A DNA stretch of 64,000 bases from Neoconidiobolus thromboides FSU 785 (lineage: Eukaryota > Fungi > Entomophthoromycota): positions 1 through 64,000 of the forward strand of contig MU626307.1 of the NCBI GenBank assembly GCA_025603075.1, written 5' to 3'. The notes under the pieces are model-generated. The model did no database searches. It was given only the letters and a program-made list of their open reading frames with translations, and had not been told where the DNA came from. Positions 50,052-63,492 of this stretch are shown one piece after another (position 1 is the stretch's first letter; the number at the start of each line of letters is the position of its first letter). Made by a program: the position numbers and the translations under genes.

Positions 50052-53000
50052 CTAGAATGAATTGCGACGTCTAAATCTAGGGCGGTAATCATTTGGAGTA
50101 CTTGCGCTTGTAGAAATGGTAGATGAAACTTTTTCCATGTTATGGGCAGAAACATTTGAATTGGTCCAAGTAGATATCAATCCTTCATCATGCCAAGTTT
50201 GAACACATTTTTGACCATGAGCATAACCTACTGCTTCAATATTGGTAAATGATCCAAACTCTAAAGTTCCATACTTTTGGACTGGGAGACGAATATAAAG
50301 ACATCCCGGTATCTTTTTGGCTGCTTCGATTTGAGAAACACTCGAGATATAAGCAAGTCTGGATTGAATATCAGCAAGAGAAAGAATTTTAGGACGATAA
50401 AAGGGATTCAATTTGGAAAGAACGACATACCATCCAGATAATGAATCTCCATAATTAGTGAAATTATCTTCATTATCTTCTCCAGCGACATCCAGAGCAA
50501 ATATAGTTTCTACACCCATTGAATGCATGACTTCGACTGGAAGGTAGTCTAAATATCCGCCATCTAACAGTAAATTATTACCGTCACATAAAGGAGGCAA
50601 AAATCCAGAAAGCGACATAGAAGCTCTAACGTATCTCCACAAATATCCGGATTGATGAACTTCAAGTCGAGAATGAGTAATATTGGTAGTGACACAATAA
50701 TATGGTAGCCATAAATCCTCAATTCTAATATCTTTAAATGTTTTCCAAATACCTCGATTGAACTCATGCCCTGAAAACCAAGAAATAATAGGATAAGTAA
50801 GGTCCGTAACTTTACGCCATAAGCTTGCCATTCTATTGGAAAACACTCTAGCTGGTGCAAACATAGCAACAGTATCTGAATCTCTAGCATACAATCCCCC
50901 TACATAAGCTCCGATACTACATCCTCCAACGATATCAATTGGAATCCCTGCTTCTTCAAGGGCCCTTATAAAGCCCAAATGAGCAATTCCTCTTGCTCCT
51001 CCTCCACCAAGGACTAAACCAATAGATCTTCCACACAGACGACGTGCTAAACGAGAAAAATCTGATCTGATCCCAGTGTAAGATGAGGGTTGATGAATAG
51101 ATTTCTTTGATAAACCTACACCAGCAACATCAGCGTAATACTGGTGGAGTTGGTCTTTAAGTTCGTTTAAGGTAGATAATATAGGTGGTACATTCTTCAT
51201 AATAACTTGTCGCTTGAGAGGGAACTGCACATGATGATGTGCATGAATCCAAAGCCTAGATTTCAACCAATTTTGAGTTGAACCAGAAGGCACCATATGA
51301 TCTGGATGAAGAAGGACAAGCTCCTTTCTAGCTGTTGTTTTAGAGCTGATTAGAAGCCTTTCGAATTCTCCAATAGAAGGATCTTCCGATCCTATGCCAA
51401 TAAGTAAAATACAATCAGCTTGCCGTATACATTGACGGGTCCATGGCGAGTTTACTGCCCCATCAGCAGTTAATAAAACAATTCTATGACGCTCTTCTTG
51501 TTCTATTAACCAATTTTTGAGCTTAAGTTTACCCATCTTAGTAAACGCATGCCTTCCAAGTGCGGAATGAACAGAAGCACTATTGATAACTTGAACTGAC
51601 TCTCCAATACTTTGGAACGAGTCCCTCAATCTAGCAGAAAATTCTTGGATAGGTACATTCCCTTTAACTGGGACTATTGCTACAGTTTTTAGATTTGTAT
51701 TATTTTTACCAAAACTGGTTTTTTCTATTGATGATGCTGATTTTACTCTCAAACTAGCTTGTTGTTCCATTGTTCTGCGTGCAATCATCCTTGAGATTTG
51801 AATAGTTACTTCAGGATTTGCAAGCGAAATAGCGTCGAATAAGCTCTTTGGCATCCTTGCAAGCTCAGAGTCGCGAATAGCATGCAAAGTAAAAGGGAGT
51901 GGGGAGTTAGTTAACATTTCTAATTCACCAACCGAATCACCTAAACCATATTCAGCCAATATATTTATTCCTTGATCTTCCGATTCAGCAATAGTACGCA
52001 ACCTCCCATTTAAAACAATATAGATTGCATCGCATATATCATCTTGCTTACACAAAACTTTACCTGCACTAGCTTGAACCCATTCAAGCGCAAAATCAAT
52101 TTGTAAAACTAAAGGCGGAAGACGATGAATAAGCCTTTTGGCTAAAGTTAACAGAATAGCAGGGTGTTTTTCAGTTAAGCGATCAAGGTATTTCCTTGGC
52201 AAACAAGCCACTAAGGTATTCCCTGCTGCTGTCATGTTAATAAAAGAAGGAGTTCCTGTAATAGAGCCCAAATATCCTGCTACACATCCTTCACGTATTT
52301 TACTTGTTGGTCCTCCTTTGCTTTTGGTTTTATAACTTGAGAATTTCTTTGATTTATGCCTAGAGGTTTCCTTGTGTTTGTGCGATAAATGTTCTTTCCC
52401 GAAATTTGGAAGACTCACCGAACTCTTCCGACTAACTAAAGCTGGTTTCTCATCCTCGTTAGTGATATTAATTGAGCCATGAAGCACTAAATAAATACCG
52501 TCTAATCTTTCACCTTTGCTAATCATAGTAGCTCCAGATTTAAGATAATAAAGTTCTACGTGATCTTCATAATTATCTTTTAAAGAATTAGGGGAATAAG
52601 TTCCTGATGGAGATATAGTTGATGACGCTACATCTTCTTCGGAGTAGTCTGAATCTTCTTCAATTTCATCCGAGTCACGAGAGTACGGCGAACTTTGTGC
52701 TCTAGATAAATCCCCTGCAGAAGAAGATATTAAATGAATGTTTGGAGTCATTCCAATTGAATCCAGAATTAACTGATAAGACTGCTTACGAAGGCTACTA
52801 TAAATTTCCTCTTCCTCTTCATTACTTAAAGCATTTTCCGATATATGAATCACAGAATTCGAATTTCTTTCATTGGGAATAATAGTTTCTGCAGCTATTG
52901 TGGCTTTCTTCTTGCTTGAATCAATGTCTTTTGAGCTATTTGATCTAGAAAGTGAAAGTTTTGAATTTATTCCTTTTGCCACATCAAGCATTGCTTCAGT

Positions 53001-54191
53001 GTGTTTCGGATCAAAAGTTCTACTCTGTACATTGTAGTTTGCAAGATCAGATACCTTCTTTTCTATCTCAAGTAATTCCTTAGACATACCAAGGTAATTA
53101 TTTAAAGTGAGGAAGGTAACTCTCTGGAATCTAGTAAGAATTACTTGAACAATATGAGCGGAAGAACTGGGAAATTTTTTAATCAGCCTTTGAAAGGCTT
53201 CTGCTGGTATAACTGCAAGAGTGGAATCACAAGTAGCTCTAGCTGTAACGTGTGGATGTAAAGGCTCTTCCTTTAAACCAGGTGATTCTACAAAATGATC
53301 ATGTTTAACTAAAGCCAGCCCTTTATTATCAATATTTAAGTATGCATCACTGTGATTATCTGAACTATCTATTTCATGTACTTTTCCTATAGTTTCTAAA
53401 ATCTTCTGATAATTGAAATCACTGTTCGCAGCTCTTTTAAGTTCAACATTCTCAGTAAACAAGGATAATAAAGTAAATAAACTAGAAAGTGTTCCACCAG
53501 CTTTAACTTCAGTGAGAATGTTTTCCGAAGGCTTATCATTTGTTTGGTCAGCAAAATAACCACTTACATTTCTTTTAGTAGAAACCTGAATTTAAGTTAG
53601 TAAATTTAAACTAGTCTATAAAACTAAAATAAGGCCTACCTGAACACAACCATCCACTACAATATAAAATGATTTCTCTTTATCAAAGCCATCAAAGATG
53701 ATATCGCCTTTAACTACTCTTTTTGTATTTAAATATCTCGATAACTCATTAAATACCGGTTCTTCTAGATAGCCGAATATTTTTATTGAAGACAAGATTG
53801 ACTTTAAAAATTCATTTGGGTAATGACCTAAGTTTGATTCATCATCTGAATCGTCTAAATGACTAGCAATTGGCTGAAGATCAAAGGCATCAGATTGTTT
53901 AGGCGGAGCTTCAGTTTCAGGCAATCTTGAATAATTGGTATGATAGCGATATCTGACATAAATGTAGAACAATATTATAGCTAAGATGAATAAAAATAAC
54001 AAAGTTTTATAATTGAATGAAATGGTGATGGTTTTTGATAATATTAAAAAGATCGAAGTTGGTATCCTATAAGTTATTAGTAGCAATAGCTCGTAAATAA
54101 CGGAATAAATCATCTGTAATACTGAGCGATTTTGGAATGGGATTGAACATGTATCTGAGGTTACTTCACATGTACTTTCAAGTAAATCCAT
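50052..54191 (-). CDS. NTE1: Lysophospholipase Nte1 (cNMP-binding domains plus patatin domain)
   Basis: GLVLGGGGARGIAH, GGCSIG nucleophile motif, LLLDGGY, WRYVRASMSLSGFLPP; N-terminal TM helix; one intron near 53587-53639. Confidence 0.93.
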
Positions 54192-54656
54192 TTTGGGTTT
54201 TAAAAATTTTAAAAGTAAATTTTCGCCTTTCACCTTTTGTCTTTTAAACTCAGTCGATAATTTAAGAATTTTAATGAGGTAAAGTGCTCATCATTTTATT
54301 ACTTTCATTTAAAAATTTGAAAATCAAAGAATAAAAATCATGTTGATGTAATTCATTCTATATAGTTTGACGAATAAGGTATTCGTATTAAAACACGACT
54401 AAAGATTAATTCTTTGTATAAAAAAGCATATAATTATTATGATAAAACTATATAATCTACATCAAAAATGATATATCATCCATTTAAACCTCTATTTAGT
54501 TTAATACTTTTATAAAAACTGTTTTCATTTAACCTAACCTTAGATATTGGAAATTTAATTTGAAAATTAGATCCATGAAATTCTAAAGTTATTTGTTATG
54601 ATTAAGATTAGTGGCATTAAACTTAATAACTTTTTAAGGGCCATGTAAATACTATA

Positions 54657-54718
54657 TGGGGATGTGTTTTTTTGTTTAAGAATTTTACTACAATCTTAAA
54701 TACAAAAATACATCCCCA
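54657..54718. mobile_element. Short symmetric MITE derivative, copy 15
   Basis: TATA|tggggatgtgtttttttgtttaagaat...atcttaaatacaaaaatacatcccca|TATA; lacks the central core, and both ends are the same end type. Confidence 0.8.
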
Positions 54719-54954
54719 TATATCAAGTTTTTTAAAATTCAAACTATTAGTCCCTAATATAATAGACGCCATTTCAATAATTTCGCTTTTTATTACAAAA
54801 TTGTATTTGTTAAATCAGTAATTAAAATATGGGCAGGCCTTTCATTTTTTACTTTTTAATCATCTGTCCCTTTGCTATTTAGCAATGTACCAAATTTTGC
54901 ACAATTCACTTTTTTAAATCATTGAACTTCAATTTAATAACAACTCCTTAAAAA

Positions 54955-55775
54955 ATGGAAGAAAGCTATACCTTTCCAAGTGATGACAAAGCAAAACTAT
55001 TCTCATTTTTAAGTAATATAAAATCAATAATAATGATAATAATATAAAATGTTAATATTATATAGATTGTGGGATAAACTCGTAATCAAATATAACTTCA
55101 TTAAGATATAAATTAAAAAGTAGAGTTTTAGTATATAGTAAAATATTAGATGCCTCCGATTATGACAAGTTGAAAGGAGGAAATCTTTCCATTCCACAAA
55201 ACTTTGGGAATGAACATGAGGAATATGTTCAAAGTAGCATACAAAAAGCATTAGGTAAGACTTTAAGCTATGATAAATAAGGCTGTTTAATTTGTAAGAA
55301 TTATTTAGTGAAAAAAAGTTACATCAGATTGACTTAAATATTATGTCCAAAAGAAACCATGACGTTATTGGGAAATGGTGTTTTAATATCAGCTATAAAA
55401 ATGGATTAAATGGGTAAAATGTGACTGCATATATATCTCAATATTAACCATTTTAGGCAAAATCATGCAGATGATGAAAACAAGTTTGAAAACGACCTTA
55501 AAATGTTAGAAAGAAGGATAAGTAGCTCGATTAGTATGCTCTATAATTGCGGCGAAAGTATAGCATTTTAAGTATTAACATTTCTGATTGATTAATATAT
55601 TTTAGAATATTATGAAATAGTTCTTATCGTTCATCAAGACCTAAAAATTGAAAAAGAATGGAAAGAAACGTATCCAGGACTCATCAATACAAGTTTAAAT
55701 GAGCTTTTGTTACGCGAGTTGAATGAAGAGTCTTTTAATTTGAAATCTAAAGCTCAGTTTAATAAAAAGTTTTAG
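54955..55775 (+). CDS. Divergent HORMA-domain protein 2 (Mad2-like, 6 exons; absent from ORF track)
   Basis: Exons 54955-55012, 55066-55081, 55124-55254, 55299-55413, 55457-55557, 55606-55775 splice in frame: FSFLNCGINSVLVY, KKLHQIDLNIMSKRNHDVIGKWCFNI, RRISSSISML, YYEIVLIVHQDLKIEKEWKETYPGLINTSLNELLLRELNEESFNLKSKAQF. Confidence 0.8.
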
Positions 55776-56174
55776 CAATAATAAGCTGCAAATGAAACAT
55801 GTTAAGTGTTAGGAAGCTTAGAAGCAAAAATTAAATTACTCATGGTTTCAGATTAAGTTTATTTACTAAGTTGGGGCGGTTTTCAGTGGTTCATTAGAGA
55901 TGCTATTTAAAGGTTAGATAAAAAATTTGATACTTTTAAGCATTAGAGCATGACAGAAGGAAGTGGGTAAACAAATTAGATAAATAGTACTTAAGGCAAT
56001 AACTTAAGTAGCACAATGAAATATCAATATCCGAAAAAAAAGGTTAAAAATGATTTTTTAAAAGTACTAATAGAGCTTTATTTAAATCTAAAAATATTAT
56101 TTTTAAATTTTTAGAAAATGCTATAAAAAATAATTAAACTGAATTACAAAAAGTTAAAGCAGAGGAAGCAAATA

Positions 56175-58322
56175 TTAAATAAATGTTGATTGAGGATTGG
56201 GTTGGGTTACATCATCAGATAAATAACCATTGGAATCTGATATGTCTGCGTTTGAAATGTTTTGGTAAATGACAGGCGAGCTTAAAGGGTCGGAGGTAGG
56301 TAAATTAGCTTGAGCTTCAATGTTATACACTTCATCGCAAGCATAATCTTTATAGCTTAAAAAATATAAATATAAATAAATAGTAAAGATTTATAAGATT
56401 ACTAATTACTAAAGTTCTTTTTCTGAAATAATAGGCAAATTTTCCTTAACCCACGATTCTTCATCATTTGATTCCAAGCTATCCCTATATGCAGGCTTGG
56501 TTTTAGATCCAGAAATACGCTTCCTATCAATATAGATTCTACCTCCTCTTCCAAACCTTCTACGACAAGCAATGGAACTAACATCTGATTCCTTTATCAA
56601 GAAATGAGGTGAAATTGTATAATAGGTTTCTGCTTTGGGGATAATGGGTGTTTGATATGGTGCCTTAAAATAAAATATTAAAGAAAAAGAAAAGACTAAA
56701 AAACTACATACATCAGTGATATCAGTATACCCTTCTAAGTCCTTCTTTTTAAGTCTCTCCAGTCTACGTATTTTTTTGCGAGGAATAAGCTCGGAATCGA
56801 ATATATCATCGTTCAAATTGATACTATGAGAGCTTGCCCTAAAAATATTAATGAAAAGTAAAAACAATAACAATATAAACTTACTTATGCTATAGTTATA
56901 ATGATTATAAAAAATTAAAATATTAGTAAAGCTTAAACATCCAACCATTAATATTACCTCATGTTTCTTTACATTATCTCTAATTGCTGGATCATCATAT
57001 TTAATAGCAACTCTTTTCTTACATATGCTCATACGCTTTTTTAATACCTCTTCTTGCATATGTATCGCTTCTTCTCTTTTTTCTTCTCTAGCGATACTAC
57101 TATCAACAAGAGATAATAGTTTGTTCAAGTTATAACGCAAATGGTTCAATTTGTTAATATAGAAGGTATCAGTCGCACGCGTACGCCTCTGAAGTTTAAT
57201 TTCCCTTCTTCTAAAACAAAGATATGGATCATTTTCTGCTTTGATACTACGATCCAGCTAAATTAAATTAATTTATTAGTTTCTTAGATCTTAAACACAA
57301 CTCACCCTCAAACGGGGCATGATGGTGTCACTATTATTCATTTTCTTGCGGCGGTTTATCCAATGTTGTAAAATTGCATTGAACTGCTTTTCAATAGATT
57401 TACTTCTAGAAAAGGTTGTCTTTAATGTAACAAGTATATCATCAGGAATTTTAACGTTTTCTTCTTTCTATAGAAATGGTTTATGATTTAAAACAAAAAC
57501 ATTTTATAAACAACTTACTGGATCGATTCTACCATCTGCCACTGCATCTTCTAATAGTTTTAAAATTTCTTCAAATCTAGACTCGTTTATTTTTTTCACC
57601 GTTTGGTCTGAATATGTTTTGATGAAATTGTAATCTTCTTCATCCATGCAATAACTGATCCCAATAGAAGTATCATAATACTCTGTATACTTTATGTACT
57701 CTTGAGGCTGTTGAAAATCAGGTTGATAAAATACCGAGTAATCATCTACCAATTTCGATGCATCTGGTGTTGGTATATAATTTGAAGCAACATGACCACC
57801 TGTATAAGCAGCTTGTGCCGACTTTATTGCAGCTTGTAAATGATGTTCCTAAAATAATTCAATTAGACACGTAGACAAAAACTCGAATTTGATAGAAATT
57901 GTTAAAAAATAAATAGTTAAATTTGATTGGCTAAAGCATAAAATTATGTAAAGCTGAAGTCACTTAGAATTAGTCAATTTCAGCCAATTAACTTGCGACA
58001 AACATAGAGAACAAATGGCTGGAATTATTATTATGGAATATAGTGATAATATGTGATAAAATACACAAAACTCATATAAAATCCATTAAAGCGTTGACAA
58101 AAAGGTAACAAAGTGGTATAAATAATGGATAAAAAAGAATAAAAAGGATAAAAAAATAAACGATATTACCTCTTCTTCTTCTTTTTCAACTCCTGTCTCA
58201 ATTTGAACTGCACTTCGTTGAGAAGTGAGCGCTTCAATATCTGGAGCATCTTCAGTCTTGATTAAAGGTAGGGCTTTTTTGATATCTACCTTTCGGCTTC
58301 TAAAGTTCATTCTTGTGCTCAT
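56175..58322 (-). CDS. EPL1: Enhancer of polycomb-like protein (NuA4 subunit, multi-exon)
   Basis: FRSRKVDIKKAL, IETGVEKEEEEEHHLQAAI, YIPTPDA, YCMDEED, DPYLCFRRREIK, CRRRFGRGGRIYIDR. Confidence 0.9.
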
Positions 58323-58489
58323 TGTTTATACCTTGTCAAATAAACTAGATCTTTTGCTCAATATACGCTCCTACTAACCTACTTTTATATATAAACTACA
58401 CTTAATATTGAATATATATAAAATTCTTTTTAAACAACAACCCCAGTATCTATAGGGGATCAATGCGTATAACACAAACTACTACTCTG

Positions 58490-58695
58490 ATTGGATACTT
58501 TAACTTATTATTGATTCTCATTTGCTAATTAAGGATCAAACTGCATCTCTAATTGGTAGCTAAGCTTTTCAAAAAATCAATTGGCTAATTAGTGATTTCT
58601 TTCTCCTTATTATTCCCTTTTATCATCTCTCATTTGGCAATTTCGACCCATTAACAAAATGTTTGGTTGATAAAATGAACAATCCATTTAATTGG
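58490..58695 (-). promoter_or_regulatory. Cluster of four CCAAT boxes upstream of EPL1
   Basis: ATTGG at 58490, 58552, 58580 and 58691, all reading CCAAT on the EPL1 sense strand. Confidence 0.5.
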
Positions 58696-59341
58696 CCGCT
58701 AATTAGCTGATTTCAGCAATTTAACCTTAGGTAAATTTAGATAAACCTTTAAAGTTTAAATAACCTGTGTTAAATATAATGAGGAACATTATTAGTACAA
58801 ATTTCTATGAAAAATAAAACTTAATGCTTTAAGCTTTTTGTCTTATAAGATATAGTTAACAGTTAATACTTGTAATTTTACTGAGTTTTATTCTTTTTGA
58901 GACCTGTTATTGTAACATTTGTTCTAAATCCCTGTAATTAAACCAAACAAACATAAGACTCACTTTTAAATTATTTTATTGTTTTAGCCAATAATTTTCA
59001 TACAAAACTGTATTGAAGAAACGTTTGTTAAAAATAATCATTCATAATCATTTAGTATTATATAATATGGTTTGAATAGCTTGAATTAATTCATGATTTG
59101 ACTTTTTTAAAAATTAAAACTCAAGATTTTATAAATGTTACAGTTTAGTCAAATCACTATTATATAGTTAAATCAACTATGACGTTATACAAAAATATAA
59201 TCAGAGCTCATAATATTCTAATACAATCCTTAATACTGAGCAATAAATGAAGTAAGAAGATTTAAAAAAAGCTTGAAAATATATAATTTTATATTTTGAA
59301 ATAAGTATGAAAAATCTATAGAGCTGTGGTTATGAACGAAA

Positions 59342-61438
59342 TTAATTTTTAGCGGCAGGGATCTTGTTAGAAAACTTTTTAAATTTGGCTACATAGAATC
59401 CATCCATATTGTGAGTGTGAGGATAATACCTTTTAGTTAAATTCAGAGTAGGATGAAATTTCTTTTCATTGAAACTAAAAAATAAATAAGTTATAATATA
59501 TAATTATATATATGTTACCTTGTAAATCCATCAACTCCAAAAGTAAGTCCAGTATCAACTAACTTTACATTTCCACGCTTCATAAGTGCATAATTAACAA
59601 CAGATTCATTTTCTTCAACAGTAACTGAACAAGTTGAATAAACTAAATATCCACCTGTTTTAGAGTTAGCATCAATGGAGTCAATAGCTGCTAAAATTAG
59701 TTCTTTCTGTAACTTAGATAACATGGCGAAATCTTTTTCACTCTAATTTTATTATAAGTAACAAATAAATATACATATATTAACTTACCCTGCTTAATTT
59801 GACAGAGGGATCCTTAGATATAACACCAGTACCTGAACAAGGAGCATCTAATAAAATACGATCAAATCCTCCAATTACTTTTGGAAACATTCTGCCATCG
59901 TAATTGCATACTACTGAGTTTTTAACACCTAAATTGTATCATGTTAAGTTATTTGAAAGCCACATTATGAGAAAGAAATTACCTAATCTATGGATATTAG
60001 CTTTAAGAGATTTGGTACGATCTTTAGTAGAATCATTGGCAAATATACAACCAGTGTTTTTCATTAAAGCGGCCATATATGTAGTTTTTCCACCTGGAGC
60101 TGAACACATATCCAAAACAAATTCACTGGGTTGAGGATTTAAAGCAACAACTGGAAGCATAGAAGAAGCAGCTTGGAGCATATAATGACCGGCTAAATAC
60201 TCTGGGGTAGCACCCACTGGGACATTTGAGTCGAAAACTTGTAAACCTACTTTACTCCATTTCCCTAATGGGTCAACATTAATACCTCTACCAATTAATG
60301 CCTGCGCTAAATCTCTACGACGAGTTTTTAAAGTATTGGTACGAATAGTTACTGGACGTGGCACTTCATTTGCTTCAAAGAAATCAATGGCTTCAGATAC
60401 AGGGAATAATCCAATTAATTTATTCGTTAGTTCTATGGAATATCCATAGTATAATGATATATCTCGAACTAATTGATCAATATAATCACTACGATACTTA
60501 TTAGGATCTCTTTGATGCTTAAAATCATTCAATACACGAACAATTTCTTGTATTCTTATTTTAACATCTGCTAAATCTGGAACCTCTTGTTTTTCTTGTT
60601 CAATTTGCTCTTCATCAGGTAATTGGAACCTATCCTCTTCTTCTAATTCTTCTCTCACTTTTGCATCCTCTATTTCCTCTTCATTTAATTTTTCATCTTC
60701 TTCTTGTTTTTTGTTTAGTTTTATCGCCTCTTTCTCAAACTCTGTTAACTAGAAAATATACTTGTTCAAATAATAGAAATAATGATAGCTTTATAAATTA
60801 CCTTTTCTTCGTCTTCGTCTTCCTCTTCCTCTTCCTCATCCTCTTCTTGTTTCTCTAATTCATCTTTGTTATCGAATTCATCATCCTAAGGTAAAATTAT
60901 AAGCCATTTGCATTCAATGTTAAGAGATAATACTAACAGGTAGATCTAATTCTTCGGAATCATCAGAGTCATAAGTCTTTCTTTCAACGATGTTATTAAG
61001 CTTAGGTTTCAACCATTTATTATTATCATCACTGAATCCAACAGTCCTAACGAAGAAAATTAATATGTTATTATGTATAGCCATCTAAAACTATACCCTT
61101 TACGTTTTAATTCTGGGTCTTCTTCGTCACTTGAGTCAAATAAATCGCTAAAAATAAGGTTAAAAAGAGAAAGAAAGCTAGGATTTAAATTACTTTTGTG
61201 GCAAAGCTTCTTCTTTTTCAACATCATAATCAAATAAGTCTACTTCTTCATCACTATCTTCATTCTTTTTGACTTTATTCTTCTTTTCTTGAGCTACTTT
61301 TTCTTTTTTTTCTTGCTTTGCTTTTGGTTCTTTCTTTTTATTACTCTTGATCTTTTCTTTCTTTTCTACTTCTAGGATCTTTGGTTTTGGATCTGGCTGA
61401 TGCTTTAACTTTCTTTTCTTTCCTGCTATTTTGGCCAT
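59342..61438 (-). CDS. NOP2: 25S rRNA m5C methyltransferase (multi-exon)
   Basis: [93 protein letters not shown]. Confidence 0.95.
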
Positions 61439-62230
61439 ATTTATTTAAAAATGAATTTTTTATTATTTCAAAATTGGAATCGAATTATTTTAAGTTAGAG
61501 TTGGGATCGTATTTTGGGATTTAAATAAAAATTCTTTAAACTAATGTTACTAAATCTAAGCAATATCAAATAAGATTTATACATAGTTGTTGAATTAGAA
61601 CAAAATTCGTAATCTTAATTTATTCCATAGCGTAACTTTTGATTGTTAGGTATCATTTATAAAAGATACATTAATGCTAATAATGCTATTATTATGTGGT
61701 ATTTTTATTACTACTTGTACTATAAAATAAAGTTATGTAAAACTAACAACACACTGATAACACTTGAGCAAGAGATATATGATCCCTTGGTTTTATTAGC
61801 TATAGCTCTATGCTTATTTTAGTATATAAGATATAACCTTGATGAAATAATTTTTATCAAAACAAAGTGCTTATAATTAAGTTTAATATTTATGCTACAT
61901 TATAACATTATAATAAACCTTTATTTTCCTTTTAATTTAATAGTTTTTATAACATTTTAAGTATTAAATGAATATCTACATTGAAAATTTTAAGCTTTTA
62001 ATTTATAAATTTAATATAAACTATTACCATTCGCGATTTAATGTTTTTTATTTAAATTTATTGTAGTGGAAGTATAGCTAAGAATGAAATAGCTGGTTTG
62101 AATTTTTTAGAACAATAACAGAATTCAAATATGTAAATGAATTGTTTAATATTTATAATTTAGCAGATGTCTGATTTATAAACCTTACCTTTATACTTTT
62201 ATAGCAGTAAAATTACTATAAAGATATACA

Positions 62231-62333
62231 TGGGGATGTATTTTTGTGCTTAAGAATTTTACTAACAGACTTTCCGCTTAAATAGCGCTCAAAAAATCGA
62301 AAAAATAATGAAGTCAGAAAAAACACTCTCACA
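62231..62333. mobile_element. MITE-like element, copy 16 (opposite orientation)
   Basis: tggggatgta...tttccgcttaaatagcgctcaaaaaatcg...aacactctcaca. Confidence 0.85.
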
Positions 62334-63492
62334 TGTTAATTTCAAACATCTGATGATAATTTCTCAATAAATAAAACATCATAGATTTAGCAACTATTCA
62401 AAAGTTCTAATACTTTATTTTATATACTAATTGTTTTTGGAGTTGTAGAGTATTAGACCAAATATGCTTGTCATTATTTTAAAATCGAATAAAAGGTTTT
62501 AATAATCTAAAACTGTGTTTATTGCTTATTTATTACAATTGTTTCTAAAAATTATAAACCCATTTAAATTAAATTCACATCAATATCTTTATAGTCATAT
62601 TTACTAATATCATAAACATTATATCGTTTATAATGTTTTCAACAAAATGCCTATTATTTTATTATTATGACCCTAAAAATTGTTCTTATAAAAACAACAA
62701 AAAGTTAAATTTGATAAGTTAGTAATAATAACTATCAAAATTAGGAGTAAAATAATTAATAATTAATGTGTTAGTAGTAGTATGCTAGTAAAAATCATTA
62801 AATGTTATCAGTGATATACTAATAGTTTTTTATAGAAGGCACTTCGTCCTTTAAAAGTTCATTAATCATGCTAGATTCTTATTGTGATTAAGATGAAATC
62901 TATATAATATTATATAAGCTTAATAAAAACAAGAATAAACTTCATTGTATAAATTATAATGTTATTCAAACTAATTTTATTAGATAAGATAGTAAAAAAA
63001 AATTTTTTAAATATGTACTACTATCGTTTTTAAATTTTAACAACTATTGCTCTTGAAAACAAGTCAAGAAATAATTTTGTAAAATGTTTAATTTAAGCAA
63101 TACAGAATTTACTCAAGTCCAATGTTTTTATTATTTATTCGATAAACTATATAAACACTACAATGTTTTTAGATAACGAAAATCCTAAAAATTTACTTTT
63201 TCAATTCTACCAAAGTAAAAGTTAAAAATTTGCCATTTTTAGTTTAATAAGATCTGAATTTAAAACCAGCAAACCTTGAAGGTATGCAGCATGATTGGCT
63301 ATTTTTCTTAATGATATTCAAAGTCTGTCAGCGATCAAAAATAACTTTAATAAATACAAAATTAAAGAAGTAATAAGTGACTGCTTTTTTAAAAAACTTA
63401 AATATTTGTTACTTCAAAGTACAAGTTGATAGTTATAATAGTTATATAATTTTAATTTTTATAGAGTTTATTTGTTTTTAGTTTATAAACAT

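Noticed and set aside
57850-58169. Intronic H/ACA snoRNA in EPL1
   Set aside because: Hairpin present but no correctly placed ANANNA hinge or terminal ACA box
6701-61438. Functional cluster of RNA-processing genes (UTP7, PFS2, NELF-B, U2AF1, NOP2)
   Set aside because: Interspersed with unrelated genes; such genes are common enough to co-occur by chance
5006-62333. Dispersed ~100-bp repeats as a CRISPR array or bacterial REP system
   Set aside because: No regular repeat-spacer period, no cas or HUH transposase gene, eukaryotic context; TIRs and TA flanks fit a MITE
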